Part shown: positions 9,519 to 19,627 of the stretch, in pieces
How positions within the stretch are numbered: the stretch's first letter is position 1
Layout of the letters: each line of letters begins with the position of its first letter
Assembly (NCBI GenBank): GCA_002427165.1
Contig: DIQB01000129.1
Location: 1-53,041, forward strand
Direction of reading: 5' to 3'
Source of the DNA: Firmicutes bacterium UBA5473
GTDB taxonomy: Bacteria; Bacillota; DTU084
Length of the DNA: 53,041 nucleotides
Notes under the pieces: generated by a model
The model's input: the letters and a program-made list of their open reading frames with translations, nothing else
Database searches by the model: none
Told to the model about the DNA's origin: nothing
Made by a program: the position numbers and the translations under genes

Positions 9519-10523
9519 ATGAAAGCAGAAAGAGTAGCATTCACTGAAAAAGGAATTGTATGTGTTGAGGAATATGAGATCGGAGAGGTTAATAAGGATG
9601 ATGTGCTGGTACAAACCTTATATAGTGCAATTTCTCCCGGTACCGAACTCGCCTTTTTACATCAGATGGAGAATACAGTGAAGGAATATCCTTTCTACCC
9701 AGGTTATAGCGCCTGTTGTAAGGTGTTGAAAATAGGAGAAAACGTAAAAAAATTTAAGGTCGGAGATACCATAGTCTGCATAGGCCAGCATATGTCTAGG
9801 CAGGTAATCAGCTCTGATCTTTGTACTTTGCTCCCTTCTAACGTATCAGAGAAGGATGCTTCTGTCTATTGTCTGGCATCTATCGCTTTGCAGGGTGTTC
9901 GGAAGGCGAAAATCCAAATTGGTGACGAGGTTGCCGTCATTGGTTTAGGACCCATCGGCAACTTTGCGGCACAGATTGCCAATGTGGCCGGAGCTACTGT
10001 TGTTACTGGGTTTGACTTTATTAAGTGGAAAGGTCAGCTTGCTACACAGTGTGGAGTCAACGAGGTTGAGTACACAACTGAGAAGGAGGAGTTGCAGAAT
10101 AAATTTGATGTAGTTATCGAAGCTACTGGTTCCCCAAAGGCTATTCTTTCAGCTTTTAAAATAGCAAAACCGTTTGGCCGGGTTATTTTGCTCGGATCGT
10201 CGAGAGGCAACACTGAAAATGTCAATTTCTACGAAGATGTTCATAAAAAAGGGATCACCATTGTCGGCGCTCATACGAAATGTCGGGCGAAAGCAGACAA
10301 CTTCGGATCTATCAAGACGCTTTCAAAGGATAATGAAACTATCATGGCCTTGCTAGGTCAAAGAAGGATTCGTTCGGACCTACTCATCAGTGAGGTTACC
10401 ACTATCAACCATGCACAGGAAGTTTATGATCGGCTGTTGAAAAAAGAAGAGGGACTTATGATTGCCCTTTTTGATTGGACAAAAAAGAAAAGTGAAATCG
10501 GTGCATTTCAGCAGGGGCAGTAG
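9519..10523 (+). CDS. Medium-chain dehydrogenase/reductase (zinc-type alcohol dehydrogenase-like) protein
   Basis: GroES-like N-terminus (ISPGTE), Rossmann motif VIGLGPIGNFAAQIA, and typical length. Confidence 0.75.
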   Translation: MKAERVAFTEKGIVCVEEYEIGEVNKDDVLVQTLYSAISPGTELAFLHQMENTVKEYPFYPGYSACCKVLKIGENVKKFKVGDTIVCIGQHMSRQVISSDLCTLLPSNVSEKDASVYCLASIALQGVRKAKIQIGDEVAVIGLGPIGNFAAQIANVAGATVVTGFDFIKWKGQLATQCGVNEVEYTTEKEELQNKFDVVIEATGSPKAILSAFKIAKPFGRVILLGSSRGNTENVNFYEDVHKKGITIVGAHTKCRAKADNFGSIKTLSKDNETIMALLGQRRIRSDLLISEVTTINHAQEVYDRLLKKEEGLMIALFDWTKKKSEIGAFQQGQ

Positions 10524-10639
10524 ATACATTGTTCTGGGAATCCACTGGATCGGTATATAAAATCCTTTGAAGAATCATTTTTAAGTAACCAGTTTCAAAA
10601 GCTAAATAATCCTAGAAATGGAATTAAGTCTAAATGCTA

Positions 10640-10905
10640 TTATAACAACGGTTCTATCGCAATGGGCCATTTTGATTTTCCTTTCAGCGAGGGTGCGAAA
10701 TTCAAAAAGTATTGCAATTTTAAGGGCCAGCATCTTGAAACCTTAGATACAGGAGATAACCCTACTGGTTTATGTTTTATGATCTGGAATGGAAAAGATT
10801 TTCGCGGCAAAGAACCCCAAAAGAGGTTTGTTTTGTCGCAGTTAAAAGTTATAACTCCTGAAAAAGGAAAAAGATACTTACAAAGAAAGTGCTCATGAAT
10901 CGTTA
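10640..10905 (+). pseudogene. Remnant of the 3' end of a FlgD-Ig-tail gene, homologous to about 2870-3138 of the 1039 gene
   Basis: TTAAGGGCCAGCAT.TTG.AACCTT.GATACAG.AGA.AA.CCT.C.GGTTTAT... is collinear with 2950-3138. It translates to NFKGQHLETLDTGDNPTGL..WNGKDFRGKE. A frameshift near the end and the absence of a 5' part mark it as decayed. Confidence 0.7.
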
Positions 10906-10934
10906 GGATAAAACACAGAAAAAGGGGAGCTACC

Positions 10935-13205
10935 ATGATTAGGAAAAGAATCAAGTTTACAATGTTATTTCTTTTAGCCATGCCATTGCTATTTGCTCAA
11001 ACAGACTATTTTGTTAACGCAGGTGAGAACCTCTTGAAAAACGGGGATCTTCAAGGAGCAGAGATAAGTGAATTTACATTTATGAAAAGTGAGGGCTCCT
11101 ATGATTTTTCCATATATACAGAAGACAGAAGTTGGAATAAATGTGCCAAACTAGAAATAATTGACTATGGATTGTCAGGAGGAGTAAAAGTTGTTAATAC
11201 GTCTATGTTAATAGGCGGTGCTAGAGACAATGGAGGAGATGGAAGCAGGGCAATACGGGTAAAACCTAATACAACATACGAATTCTCGTTTGATATGAAG
11301 GGGACAGTTAATTACACTAGTCCAATTGTCGCATTTACATGGCCTAAGGATGCTAAAGGGCAAGCAGGGAGAGAGCAGATAAATACCAGTTTAGCAGGCA
11401 CAATAAAGGTTCAACCAAATTGGGCACAGTATAAAGGAACTTTTATCACTGGCCCCAATGCAGATACTGCTGTTTTGCGGATACCAATTTGGTGTAGTGA
11501 GTCTAATTCTGCTGGGTTAAGAGAAAAGCCAGGTTCATATATTTTAGTTGATAATGTTTCAATATCAGAGAGAGTTGTTGATCAGGATTTACCATCTGAT
11601 TTTTTAGTAAGTACAGTTAGTCCAACATCTGATTTTAGTATACCATTGTCCCTTCCAAGTCATGAAATGTTAGAAAAAATCGAGGTGTTCGCATCCATTA
11701 ACGAATATGAGTCTCTGCCGATTATTATTACTAACCTAACGGACTCTACAGAGGCTTATCGAGTCATTATTTTTGGTGAAGAAAAAAGCGGTATTGAACA
11801 AAAAAACTTAATAGGTTGGGATGGTGATTTTTTCTCCGGTGATGCCATTATAATGAGGGAAGCGATCAGGGTTAAAGAGAGCGATTCGCCGGGATACGGT
11901 TTAAGATTTGATCCCTTACCTTTAATAAATTCAGGCCATACTATTACAGTACCAGCTCATGATTCCAGTATAATATGGGTAACTTTTGATTGTAAGAACG
12001 CAAAACCGGGCGATTACTATGGATTTTTGAGAGTGATTCCTTTAAGCCAACCTGCAGAATATAAGGTGGATTACTCCGGACCGATGCAGGATATACTGCT
12101 TGACTTAACCATATGGCCTATAGAATTACCCCAAGAGCCTCCTATTCCGTTAAGTTTATTGCATAGGGCTGATAATAATCTTTTTTTCAAAGATAAGTTT
12201 GAACATGGTATAAGGTATTTTCAAGTCAACCCTTGGGGAGCAACAGCAAATTTTAACGATGATGGTTCGATCAAAAAACCAGTTTTAATGCCTGATCTTC
12301 ACGATCACCTTAAACAGTTGGATTGGTTTCCTGAAGGGTCAGACATAAAAATTTGGGTGGGGTATAATCTTTATCCTGTTTTTGAGCATTACTCTAGAAA
12401 CCGTTTTGTTTTTGGGAGTGACACTTGGAAAAACGCATGGGCTTCGTGGTTGAAAGAAGTGGATGCTGTCTTGCATGAGCATGGATTATCATATAATGAT
12501 TACATAGTTGAGATGTTTGATGAGCCAAATTTGGAAAAGGATCTGGAAAAGGTACTACTTGTATGCAAAGTAGCGAAAGAAGCAATACCGCAAATGCAGA
12601 TCCAACTTATAATTGGTTGGCATTGGAGCTCTCCTGATATATGTGAACCTCTTCTTCCATATGTTGATAACTGGTGTTTTATAGATAATTATTGGTACAC
12701 TGAAGAAAATGCAACCTATTTTAAAAAGCTTCAAGAGCAAGGTGAAAAGGTATGGTTTTATACTTGCCAATCAAACATGCGACAAAATCTTTATAGTTAT
12801 TATCGGTTACATGCTTGGAAAGCTTATGATCGTAATTTAGATGGCATGGCAATGTGGAAGTACATTCTTGGTCCGGGAGGAGATGTTGGACCTGCAACTT
12901 GGAAGATTGCTTCAGCGGGGCCTCTTGTTTATCGCTCATATGAGGAATCAATCCCCTCAATTAGGTATGAATGTTTGAGGGAGGGACTTGATGATATTAA
13001 ATATCAGAGCAAATTGAAGCATTTACATTGCCTTGCCAAGAAAGAAATACCAGAACATAACTTAACGCAAGAGGTAGAGGCTTTTTTAAATTATGTTTCT
13101 GAAGATGTAGTCATTAATTATGCCCATGATACTACTTTTGCTGATCAGGTACGACATAAAGCGGCTAATTATATCATTAAACTAAAAGAACTACTAGATG
13201 ATTGA
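10935..13205 (+). CDS. Secreted CBM-like module fused to a DUF4091/GH123-like glycoside hydrolase domain
   Basis: Signal peptide. The N-terminal module is paralogous to 295 and 1039 (LLKNGDLQG..IRVKPNTTYEFSFDMKG). MFDEPN (DEP at 12519-12527) and C-terminal YECLREGLDDIKY are shared with the 19628 and 22499 genes. Confidence 0.7.
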   Translation: MIRKRIKFTMLFLLAMPLLFAQTDYFVNAGENLLKNGDLQGAEISEFTFMKSEGSYDFSIYTEDRSWNKCAKLEIIDYGLSGGVKVVNTSMLIGGARDNGGDGSRAIRVKPNTTYEFSFDMKGTVNYTSPIVAFTWPKDAKGQAGREQINTSLAGTIKVQPNWAQYKGTFITGPNADTAVLRIPIWCSESNSAGLREKPGSYILVDNVSISERVVDQDLPSDFLVSTVSPTSDFSIPLSLPSHEMLEKIEVFASINEYESLPIIITNLTDSTEAYRVIIFGEEKSGIEQKNLIGWDGDFFSGDAIIMREAIRVKESDSPGYGLRFDPLPLINSGHTITVPAHDSSIIWVTFDCKNAKPGDYYGFLRVIPLSQPAEYKVDYSGPMQDILLDLTIWPIELPQEPPIPLSLLHRADNNLFFKDKFEHGIRYFQVNPWGATANFNDDGSIKKPVLMPDLHDHLKQLDWFPEGSDIKIWVGYNLYPVFEHYSRNRFVFGSDTWKNAWASWLKEVDAVLHEHGLSYNDYIVEMFDEPNLEKDLEKVLLVCKVAKEAIPQMQIQLIIGWHWSSPDICEPLLPYVDNWCFIDNYWYTEENATYFKKLQEQGEKVWFYTCQSNMRQNLYSYYRLHAWKAYDRNLDGMAMWKYILGPGGDVGPATWKIASAGPLVYRSYEESIPSIRYECLREGLDDIKYQSKLKHLHCLAKKEIPEHNLTQEVEAFLNYVSEDVVINYAHDTTFADQVRHKAANYIIKLKELLDD

Positions 13206-13224
13206 TGATAAAGCAAAATAAAAA

Positions 13225-13261
13225 AGGAGTGTCTTAGGAATTAGTGCGCCTAGGCACTCCT
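13225..13261 (+). terminator. Hairpin after the 10935 gene (AGGAGTG..CTTAGG / CCTAGG..CACTCCT), without an adjacent T-run
   Basis: Stem of about 13 bp with one mismatch, 20 nt after the stop codon. Confidence 0.3.
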
Positions 13262-13891
13262 AACCCAACTTTTGGAAATTGGGCAGCTTGTCGTCTTGTT
13301 TTCGTTTCTTTTGTTGTTGTGCTTGCATTTCTTGACAGTAAGCTGCATCTGTAATGGGATTCTCGCCAATTTTCGTTAGGCTCTACCTAACTATGGGTTA
13401 TCGCTTGCTCTTTTTAGTTGAACATTTTGTGTTTCTCATTGAGTGTCGGCGCTTTGCTCATTTTCAATTATTTTTGACGAATACTCATCTATATGCTAGA
13501 CAGCTTCTTGGCATATACTGGATGATGACTAGTTCGCCCAACCGGTAATTATTTGATTCAAACTGCGAAGAAGGTGTTTTTGAGAGACGGTTCTAGCCTT
13601 ATCTGCGTAATTTCCATTCAGGAAAGTCAAGGCGAGAATTATTGTATACGAAAGGCTTTATCAGAGATGAAAGTACCGAAGCGAAAAGCTAAATCAGGGG
13701 GTGTAGCGGAAAATTATAACCGTTCCCCCCGTTAATACCCCCCCACCATTACCTTCCTACCTGCCAATGTGGTGCAATGCCTATGACCGTTTTCGTTTTC
13801 AAATTTGGACATTTTAATTTGTTAGACCTACTCTATATAGACAAAAATTTGATCAGTTTTAATGGATGGCGGGTGAAAAGGAGAGAAAAGG

Positions 13892-16354
13892 ATGCAGAAA
13901 GTTACCCTGAATGGTGCTTGGGAGCTTTTTAAAAAGGGGGAAAACCAGGCTATAGAGGCCATAGTCCCTGGGTGTGTTCACCTGGATTTGCTCTCAGCTG
14001 GGAAAATCCCAGATCCCTATTGGCGAGATAATGAACTAGCAATGATGTGGGTTGGTGAAACAGACTGGCTCTATCAACGCACTATCAATCTTTCTAGTGA
14101 TTTTTTGGCACATGAACAGATTAAACTATCCTGCATGGGTCTTGATACCCTAGCCACCATTGTCGTCAATGGAAAAGAGATCGCTACCACAGCAAACATG
14201 TTTTGTAGTTGGGAATTTGATTTGAAACCTGTGCTTTTTGAGGGAGAGAATACCATCCAAATTTTCTTTGCCTCTCCAATAGGGTTTTTGCAGGGAAAAG
14301 GCATTGAATTCAATTCTCCTACAAAAGCAATATTGCTTAATTCTAGTTGGATTCGTAAAGAACCATGTAATTTCGGTTGGGATTGGGGCCCTAAGCTAGT
14401 GACTTGTGGAATCTGGCGTGATATAGAGCTAATTGCCTATGACCTAACTAAGATACAGGATATTAATATTAACCAGGATCACTCCCAGCCCAACGGGGTG
14501 GGTCTTTTTATTCAAACAGAAGTGGAAGAGCATCTTCCTGGATTAGCAGCAAACGTAAGTGTGTCATTGGCGGGAGAAGTGTGCGCTCGAAGTTCCTACC
14601 CCATTGTGGGGAATAAAGGGGAGGTTCAACTTGCGATTAGTGATCCTAAACTATGGTGGCCTCGTGGCATGGGAAAACAACCCCTCTATGAGGTAAAGGT
14701 GGAACTTTATAACTCCCAAGGTGAGGTCATAGATAGTAAAACCAAAAGAATTGGTCTTAGGACCCTAAGACTAATTCGTGAGCAAGACGAATGGGGTGAG
14801 TCGTTCTATTTTAGCATCAATGGAATTCCATTTTTTGCTAAAGGGGCTAACTGGATTCCTGCAGATACGTTCGCACCACGAATTAAGCAGGCTGATTATG
14901 CTCGCTTAGTGCAGGACGCAGCAGCAGCAAATATGAATATGCTGCGCGTTTGGGGTGGGGGCTTTTACGAGGATGATATTTTCTATGATCTATGTGATGA
15001 ATTGGGGATCTGCGTCTGGCAAGATTTCATGTTTGCCTGTTCAGCTTATCCGGCCTTTGATGAAACTTTCATGGGGCAGGTGAAAGAGGAAGCAATCCAA
15101 AATGTAAAACGGCTTAGGCACCATGCTTGTTTAGCCCTTTGGTGTGGGAATAATGAATTAGAACAGGGGTTTATTAGGGATACACGGACAGAAAGGCATA
15201 TGAGCTGGGAGGAATATATAAAACTTTTCGATCAGTTGCTTGCTGAAATTGTTAATGACTTAGACCCCCAAAGGGACTATTGGCCCGCTAGTCCACATAG
15301 TCCTCTAGGGGATCGGACAGATCCCAATAACCCTAATTGTGGGGATGCTCATCTATGGGAGGTTTGGCACCGTAATAAACCTTTTGAATGGTATCGTTCT
15401 TGTACACACCGTTTCAATAGCGAGTTTGGTTTTCAGTCCTTTCCACAGCCGCGTACAATAGAAAGTTATACTTTGCCGGAGGATCGCAATATTACGTCCT
15501 ATGTTATGGAACACCATCAGCGCAGTGGCATTGGTAATACCACTATTATGCAATACATGCTCTCCTGGTTCCGTCTGCCCACATCTTTCGACATGGTAAT
15601 TTGGCTTAGCCAGATCCTGCAAGGCGTGGCGATGAAATATGCAGTTGAGCATTGGCGACGTTCTATTCCCAGGGGAATGGGTACTCTCTATTGGCAGCTA
15701 AATGACTGCTGGCCAGTAGCTAGTTGGTCTTCTATTGATTACGCTGGCCGTTGGAAGGCTCTTCATTATCTGGCCAAGGAGTTTTATGCTCCGCTTCTGA
15801 TCTCGCCCTTAGAGGCTCTAGGAGAGGGGGCAGTGGAACTTCATGTTACAAGCGATCTCCTAGAACCCCAATTAGGGGAAGTAAGCTGGTCTCTGACAGA
15901 TATTGAAGGAAATCTGATTGAGGAGGAGAGCCAAAAAGTAGATATTTTCCCGCGTCAGGATAGCTGTGTTCAAACTATTGATCTTAAACCCTACTTCAAG
16001 GCTTATGGAGAACGAAACCTTCTTTTGTGGCTGGAATTGAAGGTGGATAGTAATACTGTTTCTACAAACTTACTTTCCCTTGTCCGGCCTAAGCATCTGG
16101 AACTGCTTCAGCCCGAAATTACAGCGCTGGTCCAGGAAGAACGAACGTTTTTCCTGGTGACTTTGACTGCGAAAAAACCAGCTCTTTGGGTTTGGCTGGA
16201 GCTTACGGATTCAGATGCCAGCTACTCCAATAATTTCTTTCACCTAGTACCTGGCAAAGAGGTAACTATAACTGTGGAACCGAAACAATCTTTAACAAAG
16301 GTAGAGTTTGAGCAACAACTAAAGTTACATTCGCTGTTCGATACGTATCATTAG
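13892..16354 (+). CDS. GH2 beta-mannosidase-like glycoside hydrolase (cytoplasmic, no signal peptide)
   Basis: [10 protein letters not shown], the acid/base region WCGNNELEQ, and the nucleophile region [10 protein letters not shown]. Length of about 820 aa is typical of bacterial beta-mannosidases. Confidence 0.8.
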   Translation: MQKVTLNGAWELFKKGENQAIEAIVPGCVHLDLLSAGKIPDPYWRDNELAMMWVGETDWLYQRTINLSSDFLAHEQIKLSCMGLDTLATIVVNGKEIATTANMFCSWEFDLKPVLFEGENTIQIFFASPIGFLQGKGIEFNSPTKAILLNSSWIRKEPCNFGWDWGPKLVTCGIWRDIELIAYDLTKIQDININQDHSQPNGVGLFIQTEVEEHLPGLAANVSVSLAGEVCARSSYPIVGNKGEVQLAISDPKLWWPRGMGKQPLYEVKVELYNSQGEVIDSKTKRIGLRTLRLIREQDEWGESFYFSINGIPFFAKGANWIPADTFAPRIKQADYARLVQDAAAANMNMLRVWGGGFYEDDIFYDLCDELGICVWQDFMFACSAYPAFDETFMGQVKEEAIQNVKRLRHHACLALWCGNNELEQGFIRDTRTERHMSWEEYIKLFDQLLAEIVNDLDPQRDYWPASPHSPLGDRTDPNNPNCGDAHLWEVWHRNKPFEWYRSCTHRFNSEFGFQSFPQPRTIESYTLPEDRNITSYVMEHHQRSGIGNTTIMQYMLSWFRLPTSFDMVIWLSQILQGVAMKYAVEHWRRSIPRGMGTLYWQLNDCWPVASWSSIDYAGRWKALHYLAKEFYAPLLISPLEALGEGAVELHVTSDLLEPQLGEVSWSLTDIEGNLIEEESQKVDIFPRQDSCVQTIDLKPYFKAYGERNLLLWLELKVDSNTVSTNLLSLVRPKHLELLQPEITALVQEERTFFLVTLTAKKPALWVWLELTDSDASYSNNFFHLVPGKEVTITVEPKQSLTKVEFEQQLKLHSLFDTYH

Positions 16355-16670
16355 AAATAGAAAGAAACGAAGGCCAAATAGAAAATACCTCAAACTAAAA
16401 GCATTCCTTCAGCCAAAGTTTAGCATCAAAGTAGCGGGAATTCTCATTACCGTTGTCTTATAATCTATTTGTTTCACGCTCACTTTCATGGGTTTTACCG
16501 GTTCGAAACCACAAAGATAGAATTTCTCCACAGGGGGAGCAATGAGTCGCATAGAGAAGGAATAACGATAATGTCATTCTATGACAGAATACATCCATGA
16601 GATAGTCGATTTAGTCAAGGAATTTAGGAAGTTCCTTTTGGTTTTAACAAGATTAAGGTGTGATAATAAA

Positions 16671-19226
16671 ATGAAAGTATTATTAAACGAGAATTGGAAA
16701 TTAACAAGTATGGAACCACAAGTAGGGATTCAGGAAAAGATCAACAAGCCATGCTTGGAAGCAGAAAACTGGATAAACGTGAATGTCCCGGGTGATGTAA
16801 ACGACGCACTGTTGAAATCTGGGATAATTTCGGATCCACATTACGACACTCAGGCTAGAGAATGTTACTGGGTATCATCCAAAGAATGGTGGTACGTTTT
16901 AGAGTTTGATTCAACAGCAATAGCTGCCAGAACTGCAGATTTATGCATGACAAATGTTGATGGGTATACGGATATATGGCTTAATGGTTTTTACCTGGGT
17001 GAGACAAAAAATGCTTTTCGACTTTTTCGATTTAACGTAAAAGATCACCTGAAAGAGAAACAAAATGTATTGATGATAAGGTTTAAATCTATCGACCAAC
17101 TACTTGGTGGACCCCGCATTCATGAACTCGAAGGTTGGAAGGGGAGAAGAGCTTATTTAAGAAAGCCACAGTTTTCATTTGGATGGGATTGGGCACTTCC
17201 ACTACCATCTGACGGGCTCTCTGGGAATGTGTGGCTGGAATTGGATAATGATTTGAGATTGACTGATCTGGCGATTGAGCCCTTCAAATCAGGAAGAGTT
17301 GATTTTTCCTTCGAAGTAACAGGTGCTACAAAGCAAGAGGGGTACGAAATAGCAATTAGACTATGGGGACACGGTAACGATATACGACGCGTTTTAAGTC
17401 GAGATACCCATAGATCATATGTAAGTGTGCAATTAGATAACCCAGAGCTCTGGTTCCCGAATGGATATGGTGAACAGCCATTATACAATTACAGTGTCGA
17501 GCTTATCGTTAACAGGCAGATTATCGATTCTCGTGAAGGAAAAATAGGCCTGCGTGAAGCCAAGATCGTAGAGAAGCCGTTTACGGAGGATGCTGGTCCC
17601 GGCTACTCTTTCTGGATTGAAATAAATGATATGCCCGTATTTTGTAAGGGTGGAAATTGGGTTCCCTTAGAGATATGGCCAGGGACTATAAAGCCGGATC
17701 AATACGAATTTTATATCCGGAAGGCAAAAGAGGCAAACTTCAACATGCTTCGTGTATGGGGCGGCGGTATCTATGAACCTGATACCTTCTATGAGCTTTG
17801 TGATAAACATGGAATTATGGTCTGGCAAGATTTCATGTTTGCCAGTACGGGCTATCCAGTTTCTGCTTTGAGAGATGAAATTATAGCTGAAGCCGATTAC
17901 CAGATACGAAGGCTTCGTAACCATTCATGCATCGTTTTATGGTGTGGTTGCAATGAAGATATCTTTTCTTGGAAATACGAGCAGGACTGTGCGGTAGCAG
18001 AACAGCAGGATGCCGGAGTTTATTCAGAGATTGAGGACGCGAGAAGTATTGACAGGCTAAGGGATGATCCTCAAATATATACTATGATTTTAAGGGGAAT
18101 GGTAGGGAAGCTTGGACTGGGAGTACCTTATATTGAGTCCAGCCCCCAGTCAAGGGACGACTATGGTAATATGCCCAATTCAGGTAACTCCCATATTTCT
18201 TGCTGGAAATTCTCACTGTTTCAGAGCGGCGGTAAATATGATACCTTTCGCAAACATTTTGAAAAGGTATGCTCTTTTAATTCGGAGTTTTGCATCCAAG
18301 GGCCCAGCAGCATAAAAATGATCAAAAGCTTTTTAAAGCCTGAAAATCATTGGCCTCCGAATGACGCTTGGGTTTATCATATACAAAGGGGCCATGCAAA
18401 CCTACCCCATTATGAGCAGACCATGAGTATTGCTGGTTCTTTGTTCGGTGAAATTGACAATCTTGAAAAGTACGTCAAATATGGTCAAGCAACTCATGTG
18501 GAGATGATGCGGGCTGAATTTGAAAGCGCACGTAGGGACTACCCGAATAACGGCGGGACAATGGTGTGGATGTATAATGATTGCTGGCCTACTTCCAACT
18601 GGTCTATCATAGATTATTCGAGAGATCCCAAACCTTCGTATTTTGCTGCCAAACGTGCCTGTGCACCACTATTGCCCATCATTTTCGAAAGGAATGGTAG
18701 AGTTGAGTTTCTCTTTAGTAATCATACACAAAGGGACGTTAAGGTAGAGCTTAATTATGGGCAGGAGACCTTACAAGGTGAGGCAGTTTGGTGTAGTAGT
18801 TATAAACATATCATAAAGGCAAATGATTCTGTTGTTTTTGACTGCTTGCAAAGAAAAGGACTGGATATCCCCAAAGGAGATTTTCTTTACATTAATGCCT
18901 GTGTGGATGGGATAAAGCTTAACCGGGTGATTTATTTTCCAGATGGATGGAAGAATATTGAGTGGCCATGGCCCAACATTATAACGGAGTTAATAGATCA
19001 AAAGTTTCTACAGGAGGAATGGCTAACGCATTTAAAAGTGAAGACAGATGCTTTTGCAAGACTTTGTCATATCATCTATAGGGGAGAAGATACCGATATA
19101 TTTCTCTCGGATAATTATTTTGATTTGTCTGCGGGAGCCGAACATGAGTTGTATATCAGGTCCGGGAGGAAGATAGGTTTAAATAATATACAGACAGGGC
19201 ATTGGCTTACTAGTTGGCAAACATGA
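16671..19226 (+). CDS. Second, divergent GH2 beta-mannosidase / exo-beta-glycosidase-like protein
   Basis: FSFGWDWALPLP, WCGCNEDIF and NSEFCIQGP. The start is chosen at MKVLLNENWKL (ATG 16671 with an upstream AAGGTG), because the 30-aa extension from 16581 has no counterpart in the paralog. Confidence 0.75.
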   Translation: MKVLLNENWKLTSMEPQVGIQEKINKPCLEAENWINVNVPGDVNDALLKSGIISDPHYDTQARECYWVSSKEWWYVLEFDSTAIAARTADLCMTNVDGYTDIWLNGFYLGETKNAFRLFRFNVKDHLKEKQNVLMIRFKSIDQLLGGPRIHELEGWKGRRAYLRKPQFSFGWDWALPLPSDGLSGNVWLELDNDLRLTDLAIEPFKSGRVDFSFEVTGATKQEGYEIAIRLWGHGNDIRRVLSRDTHRSYVSVQLDNPELWFPNGYGEQPLYNYSVELIVNRQIIDSREGKIGLREAKIVEKPFTEDAGPGYSFWIEINDMPVFCKGGNWVPLEIWPGTIKPDQYEFYIRKAKEANFNMLRVWGGGIYEPDTFYELCDKHGIMVWQDFMFASTGYPVSALRDEIIAEADYQIRRLRNHSCIVLWCGCNEDIFSWKYEQDCAVAEQQDAGVYSEIEDARSIDRLRDDPQIYTMILRGMVGKLGLGVPYIESSPQSRDDYGNMPNSGNSHISCWKFSLFQSGGKYDTFRKHFEKVCSFNSEFCIQGPSSIKMIKSFLKPENHWPPNDAWVYHIQRGHANLPHYEQTMSIAGSLFGEIDNLEKYVKYGQATHVEMMRAEFESARRDYPNNGGTMVWMYNDCWPTSNWSIIDYSRDPKPSYFAAKRACAPLLPIIFERNGRVEFLFSNHTQRDVKVELNYGQETLQGEAVWCSSYKHIIKANDSVVFDCLQRKGLDIPKGDFLYINACVDGIKLNRVIYFPDGWKNIEWPWPNIITELIDQKFLQEEWLTHLKVKTDAFARLCHIIYRGEDTDIFLSDNYFDLSAGAEHELYIRSGRKIGLNNIQTGHWLTSWQT

Positions 19227-19627
19227 GGGGATACCATGATTCCCTTCTTGTTAGCTCGGATGAACTAATAGGAAGGGAAATTAAAGGTTTAAGCCAAGGC
19301 TCTTTGCCTAAAGATCGTTATGTGGGTACAAAGATCAGCCTCTTTGGAATCGTGAAACAAATTATTAGGTACATGGTGAATATGTTGCTGATGCGTATTG
19401 TTCCTCTTCTTTTCGTCAAGAGGTTTTGTATCGATACGATCTTATGGTCTGTATAGTTCGTTTACAGATGATAAGCAAGAGCACTGATTGACAAAAGAGC
19501 CATTGTTCTGATTCCCTTTTGATGAGGATCATTCACAATGGAATAATGTGAACAACCTGGCAAAAAAGCATCAATTCTTTTTACGGGAATTCGGGTTATA
19601 TAGCAAAGCTTCCAAGGGGGAATTGAG

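Noticed and set aside
10640-10981. 113-aa minus-strand ORF
   Set aside because: It spans the FlgD-tail relic and the start of the GH123-like gene on the opposite strand, so it is a shadow ORF.
13354-13735. Two small + strand ORFs (64 and 60 aa) in the 686-bp spacer between the GH123-like and GH2 genes
   Set aside because: They have no RBS, odd composition and no recognisable motif. The spacer may hold promoters or decayed sequence, but I cannot support a gene call.
16500-16510. GGTTCGAAACC, reminiscent of a tRNA T-loop
   Set aside because: The flanking sequence cannot form a 5-bp T-stem, acceptor stem or anticodon arm on either strand, so it is not a tRNA.
16581-16670. 30-codon N-terminal extension of the second GH2 gene as given in the ORF track
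   Set aside because: The extension (MTEYIHEIVDLVKEF...) has no counterpart in the paralog. MKVLLNENWKL aligns with the paralog's N-terminus ([12 protein letters not shown]) and has its own Shine-Dalgarno-like AAGGTG.
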